Shown in pieces: positions 1 to 13,800 of a DNA stretch of 64,000 bases (the stretch's first letter is position 1; every line of letters begins with the position of its first letter). The position numbers were made by a program, and so were the translations under genes. A model generated the notes under the pieces. It made no database searches, was not told the DNA's origin, and saw nothing but the letters and a program-made list of their open reading frames with translations. This DNA comes from Azolla caroliniana (Eukaryota; Plantae; Polypodiophyta), in NCBI GenBank assembly GCA_043228905.1, contig JBHGNT010000001.1, positions 23,870,001-23,934,000 on the forward strand, read 5' to 3'.

Positions 1-1880
1 GACAGGAGCTCAACAATGTACGACAAAGAGATATGTCAGTGGTTGATTACACCACCGAGATCAAAGAAAACTGCGACTCTCTCGCCTCCGTCAACGTGAA
101 CGTCGAGGAAGATGAAATGGTGCAGGTTTGTCTTGGTGGCTTGGCATTAAAGTTCAGACCTTTCATAATGGCGGTCTACAATGTTGCTCGTAGAAGAAAA
201 CCATGCGGGTGCGTCGACGAGTGCGAACGCCGATGGCAAGATGCTTTACACGGAGGATGACAGGCCTTGTGTTCGTGGTGGACAAGGTGGATTGGCGCGC
301 AATGGAGGCAGCCGAAAAGAGCAGAATGTACGACATAATCGAGATACCGGAAGCAATTTCGAACCCTCCGCAAGTAGGGGGAGTCATGGCGGCGCCGGAA
401 GACGGCAAGAGAAGGCCATGCCGGATTGCTGGTACTGTGGCAAGAAAGGCCACAAGGAGAGGGAGTGCTGGAAAAAGCGAGCCGATTCGGACAAAGTCGG
501 ATCGAGCCAAAGAGACGCAGAGAGGCGTTAGAGATCGTACTATGCAGAAGGCTATGAACGAGCCGGAAATGGAGCGGGCCCTCCCTTCATAATGAAGCAT
601 CAAGCCAATTCAATGACCATGAAAACCTCGAAATCGAGCGAGCTGTGGTATGTGGATTCCGAAGCATCAAATCATATGACGAGCCACGAGGAGTGGTTCT
701 CATACTTGGAGAAACCGGAATCACGAGGGATTGTCGAAACAGGAGATGACACACCGCATGCCATCGAACATGTCGGCGAAGTTCCCCTCAGCCACGTCAA
801 GGAGAAAGGGAAGCTAATGAACGTGTTGCACGTCCCGACAATAACGAAGAACTTGGTGCCGGTCGGTCAGATCGTCAACCAAGGTATGCAAGTTCGATTC
901 ACGCACCTCGGCTGCTTCATAGAAGAGGAAGGCAAAGTCATCGCGCAAGGGCGCCGTGAAGGGAGGATGTTTATCCTCGAAACCAATAATGTGGGTACCG
1001 CTATGTTTGTGAAAGGACAAAAGGTCGAGTCGGATATCGACCTGTGGCACAAGCGGTTCGGCCACATAAATTTCCCACGGCTTCGTGAAATGCAAACGAA
1101 GAACAATGTTTTCGGGTTGCCGAAATGGCCAAGTCTACGAAGCCTATCAAATGGGAAAACAACACCGACTTCCATTCCCCAATGAGCGTAATCGTAGTCG
1201 AAGTCCACTAGATTTGATCCATTCAGATGTGTGGGGTCTGGCACAAAACGTGAGTCTCAGTGGAAGCCGTTACTTTGTAACCTTCATTGATGACTTCACT
1301 CGGCACACGTGGGCATGCATGATTGAGAAGAAGAGCAAATTCTTCGCATGTTTCTTGAAGGTGAAGAGCCTTGCGGAAAGGGAAACAATGGCGGGAAGGA
1401 GTACTTCTCCGACCAGTTCATGTTATCTATAGAAGGAGGGAATTCGACGCGAATTCTCGTGTAGATACACGCCGCAGCAGAACGGCATGCCCAAGCGGAA
1501 GAATCGGACAATTGAAGAAGCGGCCAAGGCAATTCTTGAAGAGAAGCATATGCCAAAATTCTATTGGGCTGAAGCCGTAAAGACGGCCGTTTACCGGTAG
1601 AATCGGACTTCTGTTAATGGAGGAGTGTCGCCACATGAGCTGTACTTTGGGAAGAAGCCGAACTTGGCACACTTGAGGATTTTCGGCAGCATCGCGTATG
1701 TGCACGTGCCGAAGGAGAAACGAAGGAAGTTGGACGCGAAAGCCGAGAAGTGTATCTTGGTCAGCTATTCGGACGAGCCGAAGGGTTATAAGTGTTATAA
1801 CCCACGCACCAAACAAGCGCGCGTGAGCTGCAACGTTGTGTTTGATGAGTCTGTGTCCTGGTACTTGCCTCCAACTCTGC
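1..1880 (+). mobile_element. Ty1/Copia LTR retrotransposon fragment A (gag C-terminus, protease, GAG-pre-integrase, integrase); degenerate, 5' end outside window, 3' part lost
   Basis: Zinc knuckle CWYCGKKGHKEREC, protease WYVDSEASNHMT, LWHKRFGH, integrase LDLIHSDVWG...YFVTFIDDFTR and KLDAKAEKC. Broken by stops and frameshifts; ends abruptly against Gypsy sequence at about 1880. Confidence 0.9.
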
Positions 1881-1883
1881 ATT

Positions 1884-2401
1884 ACCGGGTGTCGTACCGT
1901 TGCAAGGGACCGGCCCCTCCAGCCTTTCCCACGCGCTTATCTTCCACCAGAACCTCGTAGTTCTGGCATGCAGCTTCTACGAATCCAGACTTTTCTTCGA
2001 CCGGGTCGTCCCACCCGGTGACTTCTCGGATTCGCTACTCCGCGCGGTCCGCTTCTTCCTTCTTCAACCGGACTCCGGAGAGGCCTTCCAACACTAGTGG
2101 CCAAAACCCGGAGTGGCTTGCCTTCTGTCCTTTGTTGCCCCCGACCCGAATTCCTGCCGACGCCGCATAATTCACGGCCTCAACGTGTCGCGTGGCGGCC
2201 TCTTCCATCAGCCTCTTCATTCCACCACGCCCGGTATTCACTTCCAGGGCTCTCCGAGTCTCGCTGGTATACCAGTATATTTACATCAACCGCCCTACAC
2301 ATAATTATGCACAAGTTATCAAATCACACGCCCACACATGGAAGGGCCGGTTCATGCACGGTTTCTCTCGTTTCCTCTTAGGAATGGTTTTCTCCGCGAC
2401 A
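1884..2401 (-). mobile_element. Internally deleted Ty3/Gypsy relic of the element G family (LTR terminus fused to a gag fragment)
   Basis: 1884-2265 aligns with gag of G (about 49495-49875, e.g. cttccaccagaacctcgtagttctggca). 2273-2401 resembles the end of the G LTR (tatttacatca...gccggttcatg...cgaca) and ends at the terminal ACA at 2401. Confidence 0.8.
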
Positions 2402-4024
2402 CTGGCGAGGAGCTGCTCACGTACAAAGTGGTAATGCACTTCATGTTGCTCATGTTGTCATAGTAGATCGGGATCGGAGTCAGGACTACGATCCGGAGGT
2501 CGTACAGTAGCCGCTGAAGCCACATGGCTTCACAGGTGGCAATGGTAGCGCCCCGAAACTCAGCCTCAGTGCTCGATAGAGCCACTGTTGGTTGCTTTTT
2601 GTTGCTCCATACAATTGCGCTACCTAAAGAGAACATGTAACCGAAATTGCACCGACGATCCGACGCATCACCGGCCCAGTCGGCATGCATATATCCGACT
2701 AGATTTTCGGTTATACCATGTCGGTATAACAGTCCCTAGTCCATAGTGCCGCTAACATATCTCGGTATTTGGTGCACGCACAGAAGATGGCGTCTGCATG
2801 AATTTTCTTACCATCCCGATCGGATATCTGATGTCGGGTCGGGTGATTGTTAAGAATATGAGGCTTTCGACAATCTGTCAGAACCGTCTCTTGTTGCAGG
2901 CCGGTTCGGAGTCTGGATGAAGCTTGAGGTTCTGGTCCAAGGGTGTGGAGACTAGTCGTCAATCCGTCATGCCGAACTTGTACAACATATTCAACACATA
3001 GTGTCGTTGTGAGAGCAATATGTCGTCAGGGGTAAGGACCACTTCGATCCCGTGAAATTAATGAAGGTCCCCCATGTCCTTCATTTCAAATGCATCCGAC
3101 AACTGGGACTTCACTCGGCCAATTTCAGCGAGGTTGAGTCCAGTGATGACTAGATCATCCATGTATAACAAGATATGTACTAGATCTTCTAGACCGTTAC
3201 GAATGAATAGTGAAGAGTTTGACATCGAGGCTACAAACTACATCTCACGCAACCAGTGCGTGATCTTCAAATTGCAAGATGAGGGAGCTTGCTTCAAGCC
3301 GTAAAGCGACTTCTTGAGTCAGAACATTGCCGATTTGTTCATCTCTGACTAAAATAAAGGGGGTAGGATCATGTGCACCTATTCGTCAAGGTCACCCTGA
3401 AGAAACACCTTCTTCACAACCATTTGGTGAAGATGCCACCCCCTTGCCGCAACAACTGTCAGCACCACACGAACCGTCGTCATCTTCGCTGCCCGAATGA
3501 AGGTTTCGTCGTAGTCAATTCCGTGGGTCTGCACATACCCTTTGGCCACTAATCGGGCCTTATACCGGTTGACCAAACCGTCATCATTATACTTCACCTT
3601 GTATACCCACTTGCAACCTATCGGTTTGCAATGTCAGGGAGGGTCAACCAGGTCCCATGTGTTGTTGGCATCAAGTGCCCGCATCTCTACCTCCATAGCG
3701 GCACGCCAATGCATGTCCTTTGCCGCTTCGGTGTAGCTCTCTAGCTCACACACTTCCGCCATTTTCTTCATCTACGCATATTGTGTCACGGACAGGACAA
3801 CAATCATGTAAAGATTCTAACTCTTAACCTCTTGTATATAGTCAAGTGTTATGTTCTAATCAATACATCCAAATACATAGCCACGTTATATATATCTCAA
3901 TAGATTATTAGTAGATTATTTATTTCAAGTTCTAGGCGTGTTTAGACCGTTCTAGAACTAGAAGGTTCTAGAGGGTTCTAGAATATTCTCCAGAATATTC
4001 TAATGCTTGTACTTCGACTCACAG

Positions 4025-4418
4025 TGGTCACCCACGCCCATTGGTGTTCGTGTCTCCGGTGAGGACCGCAAATCGTCTCTCACGCCCATTGGTTTCGTAG
4101 TTCCCGGTGAGGACCACACATGGTCGCTCACGCCCATTCATGTTCGTTTCTCCAGTGAGGACCGCACAAGGTCGCTCACACCCGTTGGTGTTCTTGTCTC
4201 CGGTGAGGACCGCACATGGTCGCTCACGCTCGTTGGTGTCCCAGTTCCCGATGAGGACCACACATGGTCACTCATGCCCGTTAGTGTCCTGGTTCTCGAT
4301 GAGGACCGTATATGCTCGCTCACGCCCGTTCGTGCTTCAATTCTCGAGGAGGACCACACATGGTTGCTGACATTCACTCGTGTTCCATTCTCTGGTCAGA
4401 ACCGCACGTGGTCAGCCA
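4025..4418 (+). repeat. 48-bp tandem repeat array in N1 (8 units plus a partial one), each with a bulged-hairpin core
   Basis: GAGGACC-like motif recurs at 4061, 4109, 4157, 4205, 4253, 4301, 4349 and 4397. Confidence 0.95.
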
Positions 4419-5195
4419 CTCCTCAACCTACTCTGGTTTTCTCTTTCAACTCACCCCTACACCACTCTTCCGAAAAGGTGACCGTAAAGGGGAGAATAAT
4501 ATCACGGACATGACTGCCACACTTCCGAAAAGGCGTCCATAAAGGGGAGGATAATTGTTAAGAATCAAGCTCAACATAGTGCAACGTGTGAACACACCTT
4601 TGGGAATCTATGTGCACTCAAAGGTCAAGAGCGCTCTCTACACATTAAACTATGTGTCATAGAATCATATTCTATGACACATAACTAATGAGTTCCATAT
4701 TCCCCATGACTATGAGTCTTCACATTCCCCAAGAGAGAGAGTGGTTGTTGTAAGTTAATGAAGAGAGAGCGTGACTCTATATAAAGCACCCCCCTCATAC
4801 TTCATACTAAGTTGGTTGTGACTCCTTGTAATGCTACAGTTTTGTATCTCTATTCTACTTGTGAAATATACACCTTGTAATGATTCTTTACATGGTATCA
4901 GAGCGATTTGGTAGCTCGATCTATCCCATTCGCCTCATCGTGATCATGTGTTGTGCTCTACACCGATGTTCAAGAAGAACCGGCTCATCGCTATCGTAGT
5001 ACCACTACATTGCTCATGTTCGAGAGAGAAGGAAAAGAAGAAATGAAGCTTAATCGACAATGAATACTCAAATGGGGAGCGCTCTCCATAGCGAGAAGTT
5101 GGACCGAAACAACTTCGCATCTTGGGAGTACAAGATGCATCAATACCTTGTCGGCCAAGGCTATTAGGGTTACATCAAGGGAGCACAAGAAAACC

Positions 5196-8100
5196 GGTTC
5201 TCACCGGGTCTGCACCATCCAGCTCTCCGTAGCCGGGTACTCCTCATCCGGTTTCGGCCTCGGCCGAGTTTGTTCATCGGCACTGTTCTTCTCCCTTCCC
5301 ATCCGGAGGGACCTGTCTCCCAACAAACTCCCCCTTCACTCCGGCATGGGGTGTCTTACCAGTCCGATTCTCTTCCGGCATGCATCCAGCTTGTCGGGTA
5401 TCAACACTTTGGTCAGCATATCTGACCCGTTCTCGGCTGTGTGGATCTTCATCAGCGCGAAGTCCTGGTCATCTACTCTTTCTCGGATCCAGTGATACCT
5501 CCGCTGGATATACTTCGTCCGGGAATGGTAGGCCGCATTCTTAGCAAGGTGGATGGCACTTTGACTGTCGCAATAGAGCCGGTATTCATCTTGCCGGATA
5601 CCAAGCTCTCCGATGAAGTCCTTCATCCATAATATTTCCTTGCCGGCTTCCACAGCTGCCATGTACTCCGCCTCTGTGGTTGACAATGCAACCGTCTTTT
5701 GCAGCCTCGACTGCCACGAAACAGCTCCCCCTGCATATTTCATTACATACCCGGATGTAGACCGGCTGGTATCCACATCAGTCGACATGTCCGAATCGGT
5801 GAAACCATCAAGTTGAGGTTTTCCGGAGCCGAATCGGAGACACATATTTGAAGTGCCCTTCAAATACCGGAGTATCCATTTGACCACGTTCCAGTGCTCC
5901 TTGCCGGGATTGCTCATGAACCGGCTCAGCACTCCGACTGCATATCCTATATCCGGTCGGGTACACACCATTGCGTACATCAAGCTCCCGACGGCAGAGG
6001 CATATGGAATCTTCATCATATCCGCCTTCTCTGCTTTCGTCTTCGGGCTTTGATTACCGGATAGCTTGCAGTTTGCCGGAAGTGTCGATCCGACCGGTTT
6101 CGCTTCTGACATGTTGAACCAGTGAAGCACCTTTGTCACGTACTTCTCCTGTGACAGCCATAATTGCTTCTTTGACCGGTCCCGAATGATGTGCATCCCC
6201 AGCATCTGTCTTGCCGGACCCAAGTCTTTCATTGAGAAGGTCCGGTTGAGAGCCTTCTTCAGCATCCGTATTTTGACTTGGTCACGTCCGACGATCAACA
6301 TGTCATCCACGTACAGAAGGAGTATCAGGAAGTCGCCTCCTTCAAACTTCTTCACAAACACGCAGTGATCGGCCTGCGTCTTGTGGTACCCTTGATCGGT
6401 CATGAAGGAATCGAACTTCCGGTACCATTGTCGGGGAGCCTGCTTTAGTCCGTACAGGCTCTTCTTCAGCCGGCATACCAGGTGCTCCTTCCCTTTCTCC
6501 ACAAATCCTTCCGGTTGCTGCATGTACATCTCCTCTTCGAGGTCGCCGTGAAGGAATATCGTCTTCACGTCCAGCTGCTCTACCTCAAGGTCCATGCTTG
6601 CCGCTATACTCAGCACCGTCTGGATGGAGGTCATCTTTACAACCAGGGCAAATATCTCGTCAAAGTCCACGCCCTTCTTCTGCTGGAACCCCTTCACCAC
6701 GATCCTGGCTTTGTATCTCGGGGGGTTTCCGGCATCTCCCGGTTTCAACTTGTACACCCACTTGTTTCGGAGTGCCCGCTCTCCTTTCGGCAACTCCACC
6801 AATTCGTACGTATAGTTCTCATGCCTGGAATCCATCTCGTCTTGCATGGCACTTAACCATTTTCGGTTGTGGGTGTCTTCCTTCGCTTCTTCGAAGCTTT
6901 CCGGCTCCCCCTCATCAGTCAGCAGAACATGCTCTGCATCCGGAAATCTCCGAGGGGCCCTTCTCTCTCTGAGAGGATATCTCCGTCTCTGGGCTTCGGT
7001 GACCGGCTCATCCATCTGCTCTTCATCCGAATCCGATTCGGGGTCTTGGCCGGTTCCGGTTTCAGCTTCCTCTACTTCTTCTTCAGCCCGTTCGGTATCC
7101 TCACCGTAACCGGCTGGTCCCTCGAGTGCTAACCGGTCTCTTGCCGGTTGGGTCTCCTCATCGTAGAGTCGATCCTTACCGGTCAACTCGTAGTTCATTA
7201 TCTTCTTCCCCGACTCCCAGTCGGCGAGCGTCTTGTCCTCCATGAAGATAATATCTCGACTCCGGAATACCTTCTTGTCGACTGGGTCCCACACTCGGTA
7301 GCCGAACTCATCGTCGCCGTAACCAAGGAATATGCATGGCCGGGTCTTTGGATCTAACTTTCCTCTCCGGTCCTTAGCTACATGCACGTACGCGAGACAC
7401 CCGAACACCTTCAGATGCTGGTAGGACACTTCCTTACCGGTCCAAACTCTCTGTGGCGTGTCTCCGTCCAAGGGTACTGAGGGTGATCTGTTTATCACGT
7501 ATGTCGACGTCGACAATGCCTCAGCCCAAAACTTCTTGGGTAGTTTTGCATGCGCTAGCATACTCCGGACCCTCTCCATTATGGTCCGGTTCATCCTCTC
7601 GGCCAGCCCGTTTAGTTCCGGCGTCTTCGGCATGGTAAATTCGAGCCGGATTCCCTTCGAGCGGCAGTACTCCTCGAACTGCCCTCGGTATTCTCCTCCG
7701 TTATCTGCTCAAACCGCCTTCAGCTTCCGGCCGGTTTCTCTTTCCACTCTCGCGTGGAGCTCTTTGAAGATGGATAGCACCTGATCCTTCGTCTTCAACG
7801 GTGTGGCCCACAGCTTCCGGTTGTGGTCATCTATGAACGTCACGAAGTACTGCGCTCCGGCATGTGACTTCGTGTCTACCTAACACATATCCGTATGCAC
7901 CAACTCCAGTGGTGCATTACGTCTCATCGGTGGCCTTGGTCGAAAGGAGGTCCGGTTTTGATTACCGGCCAGACAATCAGTGCACTTCTCCAAGTGCACG
8001 TTTTTCACTGGAATGAGGTTGTCGTCTGCAAGCCTCTTCATCCCCTTCTCGCTCATATGACACAGCCTCTTGTGCCACAGCTCACCGGCAGTGTCGGATG

Positions 8101-10160
8101 CCACGTTCACTTCTTCCGGACATAACCGGGCATTCATCAGGTACAGTGTGTTGACCTTCCGGGCCCGAGCCACAATCAGGCTCCCTTTGCTGAACTTCAT
8201 GACACCGTTCCGGATGCTACCAGTGTAGCCTTCATCATCTAGCCGATCGGCTGATATCAGGTTCAGACGAACCTCCGGAATGTGTCGAACATCCTTCAAC
8301 AACAACTTGCATCCGGTTGGTGTTGACAGCCACACGTCTCCTATGCCGACAATTCGGCATGTACCTTCATCCCTATCCGGACACAGCCGTGATCACCGGT
8401 TGAGTAGGATGAGAAGCATTTTCGGTCCGGGGTAAGGTGGAACGACGCTCCGGAGTCTACCACCCAGGTCGTCTCGTCACCGGCAAGGTTTATCTCACTC
8501 TCCTCGGTGATGAGCATCAACTCTTCTTCACTTGCTGCGATTGCCGTCGTTCCCTTCCAGTCCAGCCCCCTACGGTCTTTACCGTTCTGGTCCGGCGTCC
8601 GCTTCGAATCGGTGCCATCGGTTTCCTTGTCTTTACGGAAGTGCCGACAGTTCTTCTGGAAGTGTCCCGGCTTGCCGCAATAGAAGCAAGTAGGCCTCCC
8701 CCTTGACTTTGACCATGTCCCCGACTTCTCTCGGTTCTGGGGACTACGGTTTCTATGTCTTTCGCGTTCCGATTCGGTAAGGAGCGCTTTGGAGTCGGAG
8801 CTCGTATCCTTATCTTTCCGACGCGCCTCCTCATCCAGCAAGCTCGACTTCACTCTTGCTAGGGATAACCACTTTCCTTCCGGCCTGGCGTTGCCCAAAG
8901 TGACAACCAGCGTCTCCCAGCTATCTGGGAGGGAACCGAGCAGGAGTAGCGCTAGTACCTCATCGGCGAGAGGTACTTCCAATGAAGTTGCCTAGTGTAT
9001 CAGCCCTTGGAAGGCATTCATGTGCTCCGCCATGTTGGAGCCATCTTGGTACCGGAGTCTTACTAGCTTCCGGAATACCGAAACCTGATTAACAACATTT
9101 TTGTTTTGAAACATTATGCCGATCTTCTCCCAGAGCTCATGAGCCTTGCTCTCTTCATTGAAGTTGTTGTACAGGCTCATGTCGATGAAGCACCGTATGT
9201 ACGCCATTGTCTTCATGTGCATCACCTCCCATATCGCGGCGTCAATTTTGTCTGGTCTCTTGTCCCCGAACTGAACCAGCAGCCAGAGGTCTTTAACCAC
9301 GAGCATGTCCCTCATCTTCGACTTCCACACTAAATAGTTGGAGCCGGTGAGCTTGAACATGCCGCCAAACGATTCGTCCATTTTCTGTGTCGTTTCGCTC
9401 TGATACCACTTGTCGGGAACTCAACGCTCCTTATGCGCAACGCTCGGCCACAACCGAGCTTAGAATCATACACAGAAAACAGGAAACGGAAAACACGCGA
9501 CACAAAGGAGAGAAGAGTACACAGGATGTTTAACGTGGAAAACCCCAAACTAGGGAAAAACCACGGCAACCCACAGGCTGCAAACTATCACTAGGTTAGT
9601 ATGTACAGCAGTGAGTTCACGGAGGCAACGACCTCGTGCTCACGATCTTCGCCACAGGCGATGGTTACAACAGAGGCAGCGACCTCTTTCTCTCTCTCTC
9701 TCTGTACACTGTTACGTGCTCTTATCTCATGCAGACAAGAAATAATAACAACAGTCATTATAAAAAAGTTGCCCTAAGTCATATTTATACTAATATGACT
9801 TTTCGGCTATTTACAAATATAGCCTCGATGGACTCTCAGAAACATATTTACGAATATGTCTCTTCATCCGGTCCTCACCAGTCTGTACCATCCGATTCTC
9901 CGTAGCCGAGTACTCCTCATCCGGTCTTCACCGGGTCTGTGTCATCCAGCTCTCCGTAGCCGGGTACTCCTCATCTGGATCTCACCGGGTGTGTATCATC
10001 CGGCTCTCCATAGCCGGGTACTCCTCATCCGGTTCTCACCGGGTCTGCACCATCCGTCTCTCCGTAGCCGGGTACTCCTCATCCGGTTTCGGCCTCGGCC
10101 GAGTTTGTTCATCGGCACTGTTCTTCTCCCTTCCCATCCGGAGGGACCTGTCTCCCAACA
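5196..10160 (-). mobile_element. Tnt1-like Ty1/Copia element D inserted in gag of B; 5' LTR 9411-10160, 3' LTR truncated to 5196-5325
   Basis: TSD AAACC (5191-5195 / 10161-10165); PBS TGGTATCAGAGC at 9397-9408; PPT at 5326-5337; Tnt1-type motifs NGLAERMNRTIMERVRSML and KKSLYGLKQAPRQWYRKFDSFM. Confidence 0.92.
5336..9381 (-). pseudogene. Copia D gag-pol; the last 765 codons (5336-7633) are open, the 5' part is disrupted
   Basis: CFYCGKPGHFQKNC, WVVDSGASFH, LLYVDD, RNase H ending ENGSDMLTK; stops at 8992 and 7880 plus frameshifts. Confidence 0.9.
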
Positions 10161-10869
10161 AAACCGACCCGACCTGAAAGACACCGACTATGCAACTTGG
10201 GAGCAAGCGGCAAGCCGAGTGATGTATTGCTTGGCGACATGTGTTCACGACCACATGCTCGACTACATTCGAGAAGCTAAAATGCGAAAGGAAGCGTTGG
10301 AGAATCTACGAAAGATTTTCGCTGCCAACACAACTACGAGAAAGCTTCAACTTGTCATGATATGGCAAGACCCGAACCCATGACCTTATGTTATATGGGT
10401 CGAGCTCTTGACCATTATACCATCTATTGTAATATGTAGAATATTATTTTCATTTAATTTATTATAGGAAGTTAATGTATATTCCAGATTTCTCTAGAAC
10501 ATTCTAGAAGTTTCAGGACTCCTCCTAAAAAAACTATAAAAGGAGGCACAAGGCATTATGTTGAACCAAATTGGTTCAACGCCAGTCTTAAGCCTCATAG
10601 CCATCTTGTAATTACTCTTCATAGAATATATCATCTGTTATCATCATCTCTCTCTCTCTCTCGTCCTCATTATCTCTCTCTCTCTCTCCTTTTCTCTTTC
10701 CTCTCTCTCGGGAGTCTTACGCAGTCCCATCCTCTTAGTACTAATAGTACTTCCCTTCTCCAGTACTAATTCTCTCTCTGTTTTAGTACTATTCCTAACA
10801 GTTTGAACCAATTTTTCTCTAGTCTTCTTTTTGGTTTCCCACATCCTCCTACCCCTTTTTTCCAATACT

Positions 10870-13800
10870 ATGGCTATTGTTAGCGCCCAAGAATATCAAT
10901 CTATTTTCTCCAAGCTATAGGGTCTAAAAGAAAATTTTGTTGCCTTGGAACAAGAAAACCAACGATTGTTAGGGGATCTTCAACAAATCTCTCAAGAAAA
11001 ACAACAAACGCAGCAACAACATGGGGAGTTGCAACAGCAACATGGGGAGTTAGTGTTATGTGTACAACAACTCGAAGCAACCATCGTAGCGTTGCAACAA
11101 CAAGGATCAAGTCCCCAAGGATTTCATAAAGAGCCCAAGATTGGACTTCCTGTGAAATTTGATGGAATGTGATCGCAATTCAGAGGATTTCTTAATCAGG
11201 AATGCTTAGTCATTCAAATGCATCCTTCCCGATACCCCACTGATGCATCCCGAATCGTCCTAATAGGCGCATTGCTTAGCGGCTCAGTCTTGGCATGGTT
11301 CGCTCCACTGCTAGAAAAACAATCGCCCTTGCTTAATAACTTTGAAGACTTTATTAGCGAGTTTAAAGCATGCTTTGGAGATACAGACAGCATCAAGATA
11401 GAGATCAACAAAATCTGACGATTGCGTCAAGGTGATCGTCCAGCCTCTGCCTACGCAGTGGATTTCCGTCTACTTGCCTCAGATATCCCCTGGGACGATC
11501 AAGCACTAATGGAGCAATTTCGCTACGATCTGCGAAACAATGTCAAAGATTTACTCCTAACCTTCCCCGAAGAACCAAAGTCTCTTACAGAGGCAATCTG
11601 TCGAACGGTCCGATGCAACAACTGCCTTTTCGAACGGAGTTCTGAACGTCAATTAGAAATACCATGCCCTAGGCCGGAGCCCACATATGCCTCAGTCACA
11701 GCTAAACCGTTTGCACGAGACATATCTCAAGCAAATACTCTGACACTGATGGAGATCGACACCATGCGTCGATGTGGCCCGTTATCAGAAGAAGAAAAGC
11801 AACGTCGACGTGCAAATTGATTATGTCTTTATTGTGGTGGACCAAGGCATATCACAATCAATTGTCCCCATAGGCCAAGAAGACAAGTAAATCAAATCGT
11901 AGCCTGTGCTAAACCCGAATCAATTTTTCCCTTAGGAGTGTCTGATAGTATTAATGGTACTAATAGCCCAAGTATCTCAAACAAATTTGAAATCCTTAGT
12001 CAATTAGAAGAAGAGTTAAACGACTGAGTCCAGCCAAAATAGGAGCCGTTTGGTTGGACAACCCTAGATCTGTACAACCCATTAGTGGTTCCATTCCCTC
12101 AAAGCAAGTTAGCAATGTGTTCTTAGCCCAAGTCATGGTTAGTACTAAAAGTACTCCTCCAGTACACGTCCTAGCACTTTTAGATTCCGACGCCAATTCC
12201 AGTTTCATGGATCGAAATTTTGCCCAAGCTTCTCAAATATCCTTAAGAAAACTTCCTTGCCCCGCATCTGTAGTAGTCATTGATGGTCGTCCCATTGCTT
12301 CCGGGAATATTGTAGAAGAGTCAGAACCCATTCAGGTTGTCCTAGGTAGTTTTGTGTGTGTGGTATCATTTAATATAATAAGTAGTCCAGAGCATACCAT
12401 TGTCTTGGGTTGAATTACATAATCCAGACATAGATTGGAGAACAAGAGAAGTCTAGTATCGACAACCCTAAGAATCTACTCATCGAGTTTCGACCATTTC
12501 ACTCCATCAACTACGCGAAGAAGGACACAAGGAGTTTCGACCATTTCATCATTATGCCAATGTATTTGACAAGGTAAAAGCCGGTACTCTTCCTCATCAT
12601 TGTCCCCATGATTGTCCCATCGATTTACAACCAGGAATAGAGCCACCATGGGGACCAATTTACAACTTGTCACCAACCAAGTTAGAAGTCCTTCGAGCCT
12701 ACATAGAGGAGAACTTGGCAAGCGGGTTTATTCGTCATTCGAAATCTCCGGCTGGTGCACCCATCTTCTTTGTCAAGAAGAAAGATGGATCACTTCGTCT
12801 CGTCATTGATTATCGCGGCATGAATAAGGTCACCATCAGGAATAGGTATGCACTTCCTCTTATATCAAGTCTTTTAGAGCGAGTAAATGGTGCCAAGTTT
12901 TTCACAAAAATCGATCTACGAGGAGCGTAAACCTCGTGCGAATCCAACCAGGAGACGGATGGAAGACCGCCTTTCGCACGCGATATGGGCATTTCGAGTA
13001 AATACCGTTATGCCGTTCGGTCTAACCAATGCGCCCGCAGTCTTCCAGCACATGGAAAATGATATATTCAGAGACCTCTTGGATATCTGTTTGATCATCT
13101 ATCTGGATGATCTATTGATTTCTTTGAAGACCCAGGAAGAGCATGATTCTCATGTACTATTAGTACTAAAACAACTCCGAGAGAATTGTCTTTATGCCAA
13201 ACTAGAAAAATGTAGCTTTGATTGCAAGCAAGTGGAATTTCTAGGCTACGTCATCTCCTCAAAGGGCATCTCCATGGATCCAGCTAAAGTCAAAATTGTG
13301 CTAGAGTGGCAAACTCCACGTTCGTTACAAGATGTACAATGTTTCCTAGGTTTTGCTAACTTCTACCGCAATTTTACCTCTCACACAGCTTACGAAGAAA
13401 GGACAAACATTTCTTTGGTCCAATGAAGCAGACATGGCTTTTAGGCATCTTAAGAAAGCCTTTACATCAGCTCCTATTCTAGCTCATGTGGATACAAACA
13501 AACCATTCATCATGGAGGCTAACACATCGGATTTCGCCCTCGGTAGCATCCTTTCTCAACAAGGAGATCTTGTGGCTTTCCATTCGCGCAAATTTGATGC
13601 CGCGGAAATGAACTACGAGATACATGACAAGGAGTTATTTGCCATCATGGCTTCATTTGCGCAATGGCGGCACTTCTTAGAGGGCTCTCCACATCAGGTC
13701 ATCATCTTCGGTGATCATAAAAACCTTGCTTATTTCCAGAACGCTCGTGTACTAAATCGACGGCAAGCTCGGTGGGCCCAATTCATCACGTGTTTTGACT

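Noticed and set aside
5441-9333. Numerous antisense and alternate-frame ORFs over retroelement pol genes, here and across the window
   Set aside because: Shadow ORFs of GC-rich coding sequence with no independent motifs.
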